NCBI GenBank assembly: GCA_963741205.1
Contig: CAVUHW010000027.1
Location: 64,001 to 128,000 of the forward strand
Direction of reading: 5' to 3'
Length of the DNA stretch: 64,000 bases
DNA from: Nitrospirota bacterium
Lineage (GTDB): Bacteria; Nitrospirota; UBA9217
Position 1 is the first letter of the stretch. Every line of letters starts with the position of its first letter. Below the pieces are notes generated by a model that did not search any database, was not told where the DNA came from, and saw nothing but the letters and a program-made list of their open reading frames with translations. Shown here one piece after another: positions 61,893-64,000 of the stretch. The position numbers and the translations under genes were made by a program.

Positions 61893-63866
61893 ATGACTGA
61901 AAAGATCGGCGTCTATATCTGTCACTGCGGTTCGAATATAGCGGGAACTGTGGATGTCTCCGAGGTGGCGGAGTTTGCAAAGGGGCTTCCGGATGTCGTC
62001 GTATCGCGGGACGACAAATTCATGTGTTCCAGCGCAGGGCAGGAGCTCATCCAGCGGGACATCAAGGAGTCCGGACTGACCAGGATCGTGGTGGCCGCTT
62101 GTTCGCCCCATATGCACGAGCAGACGTTTCGCGCCGCGGCAGGCAGGGCGGGTCTCAACCCGTTTCTGTTCGAGATGTGCAACATCAGAGAACAGGATTC
62201 ATGGATTACCGACGACAGTCAAGCGGCAACGAACAAGGCGAAGGCGCTCGTTGCGGCGGCCGTTTACCGCGTCAGAAGCCACCGGCCCCTTGAGAGCGTC
62301 TCGGTCGAGATTCATCCCGAAGCACTGGTCGTAGGCGGGGGCATAGCGGGGATCCACGCCGCGCTGGAGATCGCCGACGCGGGCCATAAGGTCCACCTGA
62401 TTGAACGGGAACCGTCCCTCGGCGGTCACATGGCCCAGCTCGATACTACCTTCCCGACCCTCGACTGTTCTGCCTGCATACTCACCCCGAAGATGTTTTC
62501 CGCGGGACAGCATCCGAACATCAACCTCCTGACCTACAGCGAGGTCGTGTCGGCCAAGGGTTGTATCGGAAACTTTGAGGTGAAAATAAGACAAAAGCCC
62601 CGGTTTATCGATACCGCTCTTTGTAACGGCTGCGGCTTGTGCCAGCAGATATGTCCCCAGAAGGTCGTGGATACGGCCCATGAGGCAGGCCTCGGATACC
62701 GGAAGGCGGTGTACAGCCCCTTTATGCAGGCAGTGCCGAAATATCCCGTGATCGACACCGAAAACTGCATCTATTTCAAGACCGGGAAATGCCGACTCTG
62801 CGAAAAGATATGCCCGACCAACGCGGTCGACTTCGCTCAGGAGGAGAAGTTCATCGATCTCAAAGCGGGCGCTGTCATCCTCGCCACCGGTTTTCGTCTT
62901 TTCGACCCGAGGAGGGTCCCTCAATACGGTTACGGAAGATACCCCAATGTGTTTACGAGTCTTGAATTCGAGAGGATGCTCAACATGGCCGGCCCGACAG
63001 GCGGGAAGATCGTTCTGAGGGACGGCACGACCAGACCCGAAAGCGTCGCGATCATTCACTGCGTGGGAAGCAGGGACAAGAACTACCACGAATACTGCTC
63101 GAAGGTATGTTGCATGTATTCGCTTAAATTCGCCCACCTCATCAGGGAAAAGACCGGGGCCGAGGTCTTTAACTTTTACCTGGACATCAGGTCCGCTGGG
63201 AAAAATTACGAGGAGTTCTATCGCCGCGTGCAGGATGAGGGCGCCCATTTCATCAGGGGCAGGGCAGCCATGATCATGGACACCGCGTTTAGCCCGGCCG
63301 AGGAAGGGAAGCTTGTGGTCCAGGCAGAGGACACGCTTCTCGGCGTTCAGAGGCGGATACCGGTGGACATGGTCATCCTCAGTCCCGCGATGGAGCCTAA
63401 GGCCGACGCGCGGGAGATGGGGAGGCTGTTCGGCATGGGATGCGATGCCGCAGGTTTCTTTACGGAGAGACACCCCAAGCTTGCCCCGGTATCGACCATG
63501 ACCGAAGGGATCTTTATAGCCGGGACGTGCCAGGGACCGAAGGATATTCCCGAGAGCGTGGCCCAGGCGGGTGCTGCGGCAGCGCGCGTGCTCTCGCTCA
63601 TCTCGAAGGGCAGGGTGGAACTTGAGCCGATCAGGGCGATCATCGAGAAGGACCTGTGCAGCGGGTGCCATATCTGCAACGAGCTCTGCCCCTACCATGC
63701 CATAGATTTTGTCGAAGAGGAAAAGGTGTCGGAAATCAACCCGGCCCTCTGCACGGGGTGCGGAACGTGCGTTGCCGCCTGCCCGAGCCAGGCCATAACC
63801 GGTTGTCACTTCACCTCGGAACAAATCATGGCCGAGATCGAAGGTATCCTGTCGGATGTGAAGTAG
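61893..63866 (+). CDS. hdrA: Heterodisulfide reductase subunit A
   Basis: GVYICHCG, ACSP, GGGIAG, FPTLDCSACIL, CVGSRD, CSKVCCMY, GPKDIP, terminal ferredoxin motifs. Confidence 0.96.
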   Translation: MTEKIGVYICHCGSNIAGTVDVSEVAEFAKGLPDVVVSRDDKFMCSSAGQELIQRDIKESGLTRIVVAACSPHMHEQTFRAAAGRAGLNPFLFEMCNIREQDSWITDDSQAATNKAKALVAAAVYRVRSHRPLESVSVEIHPEALVVGGGIAGIHAALEIADAGHKVHLIEREPSLGGHMAQLDTTFPTLDCSACILTPKMFSAGQHPNINLLTYSEVVSAKGCIGNFEVKIRQKPRFIDTALCNGCGLCQQICPQKVVDTAHEAGLGYRKAVYSPFMQAVPKYPVIDTENCIYFKTGKCRLCEKICPTNAVDFAQEEKFIDLKAGAVILATGFRLFDPRRVPQYGYGRYPNVFTSLEFERMLNMAGPTGGKIVLRDGTTRPESVAIIHCVGSRDKNYHEYCSKVCCMYSLKFAHLIREKTGAEVFNFYLDIRSAGKNYEEFYRRVQDEGAHFIRGRAAMIMDTAFSPAEEGKLVVQAEDTLLGVQRRIPVDMVILSPAMEPKADAREMGRLFGMGCDAAGFFTERHPKLAPVSTMTEGIFIAGTCQGPKDIPESVAQAGAAAARVLSLISKGRVELEPIRAIIEKDLCSGCHICNELCPYHAIDFVEEEKVSEINPALCTGCGTCVAACPSQAITGCHFTSEQIMAEIEGILSDVK

Positions 63867-63925
63867 AATCTTTTTGAGCACCAAATGACACGCGCTAAAC
63901 TCGGAATTTTTGAGGATATCAGGTC

Positions 63926-64000
63926 ATGAAACGCGAGCCGGTCATCGTAGGTTTCCTGTGTAACTGGTGCTCTTACCGGGCCGCCGATCTCGCCGGGACA
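63926..64000 (+). CDS. mvhD: MvhD-type [2Fe-2S] subunit, 3'-truncated by window
   Basis: Manual translation MKREPVIVGFLCNWCSYRAADLAGT. Confidence 0.88.
   Translation, partial: MKREPVIVGFLCNWCSYRAADLAGT

Noticed and set aside
62425-62490. HdrA LDTTFPT instead of the common LDKTFPT; possible Sec in HdrA or MvhD
   Set aside because: Single substitution of unclear effect; the positions that are often Sec are plain TGC/TGT here
563-63884. Long antisense ORFs (e.g. 563..1756, 7730..9064, 14376..15395, 49523..50866, 62199..63884)
   Set aside because: Shadow ORFs of GC-rich genes with no recognisable motifs

Overview
64-kb GC-rich window from an anaerobic Gram-negative bacterium. Gene content suggests Nitrospirota/Thermodesulfovibrionia or Desulfobacterota (inference). 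The assembly is error-prone: essential genes (thrS, rplT, prfB, metK) carry single-base indels, so most frameshifts are treated as sequencing artefacts. Layout: (1) 1-21.4 kb, a co-oriented cluster of envelope/secreted genes (RND pump, four Cys-rich GLG1-like repeat proteins, several beta-barrels, DUF4136-like proteins, MscS, alpha-carbonic anhydrase, PlpD-like patatin); (2) tRNA-Val, thrS-infC-rpmI-rplT, amidase, prfB; (3) tandem cobalamin riboswitches and an anaerobic cobalamin operon containing many heptamer-repeat insertions; (4) yacG, zinc-ribbon protein, cbiB, metK, SAH riboswitch-ahcY, DMT transporter, two c-type cytochromes; (5) a Hyd-2-like (group 1c) hydrogenase operon followed by hdrC-hdrB-hdrA-mvhD. 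Top candidate: the hydrogenase large subunit has TGA exactly at the second, bridging Cys of the N-terminal RICGVC motif, followed by a perfect SECIS-like hairpin, while the usual [NiFeSe] site remains Cys. This would be an unusual selenocysteine hydrogenase. Caveat: the same gene has an in-frame TAG and one indel, so reads must be checked. The same locus also has an in-frame HypC-HypA fusion and a probable MerR-HTH-HdrC fusion.
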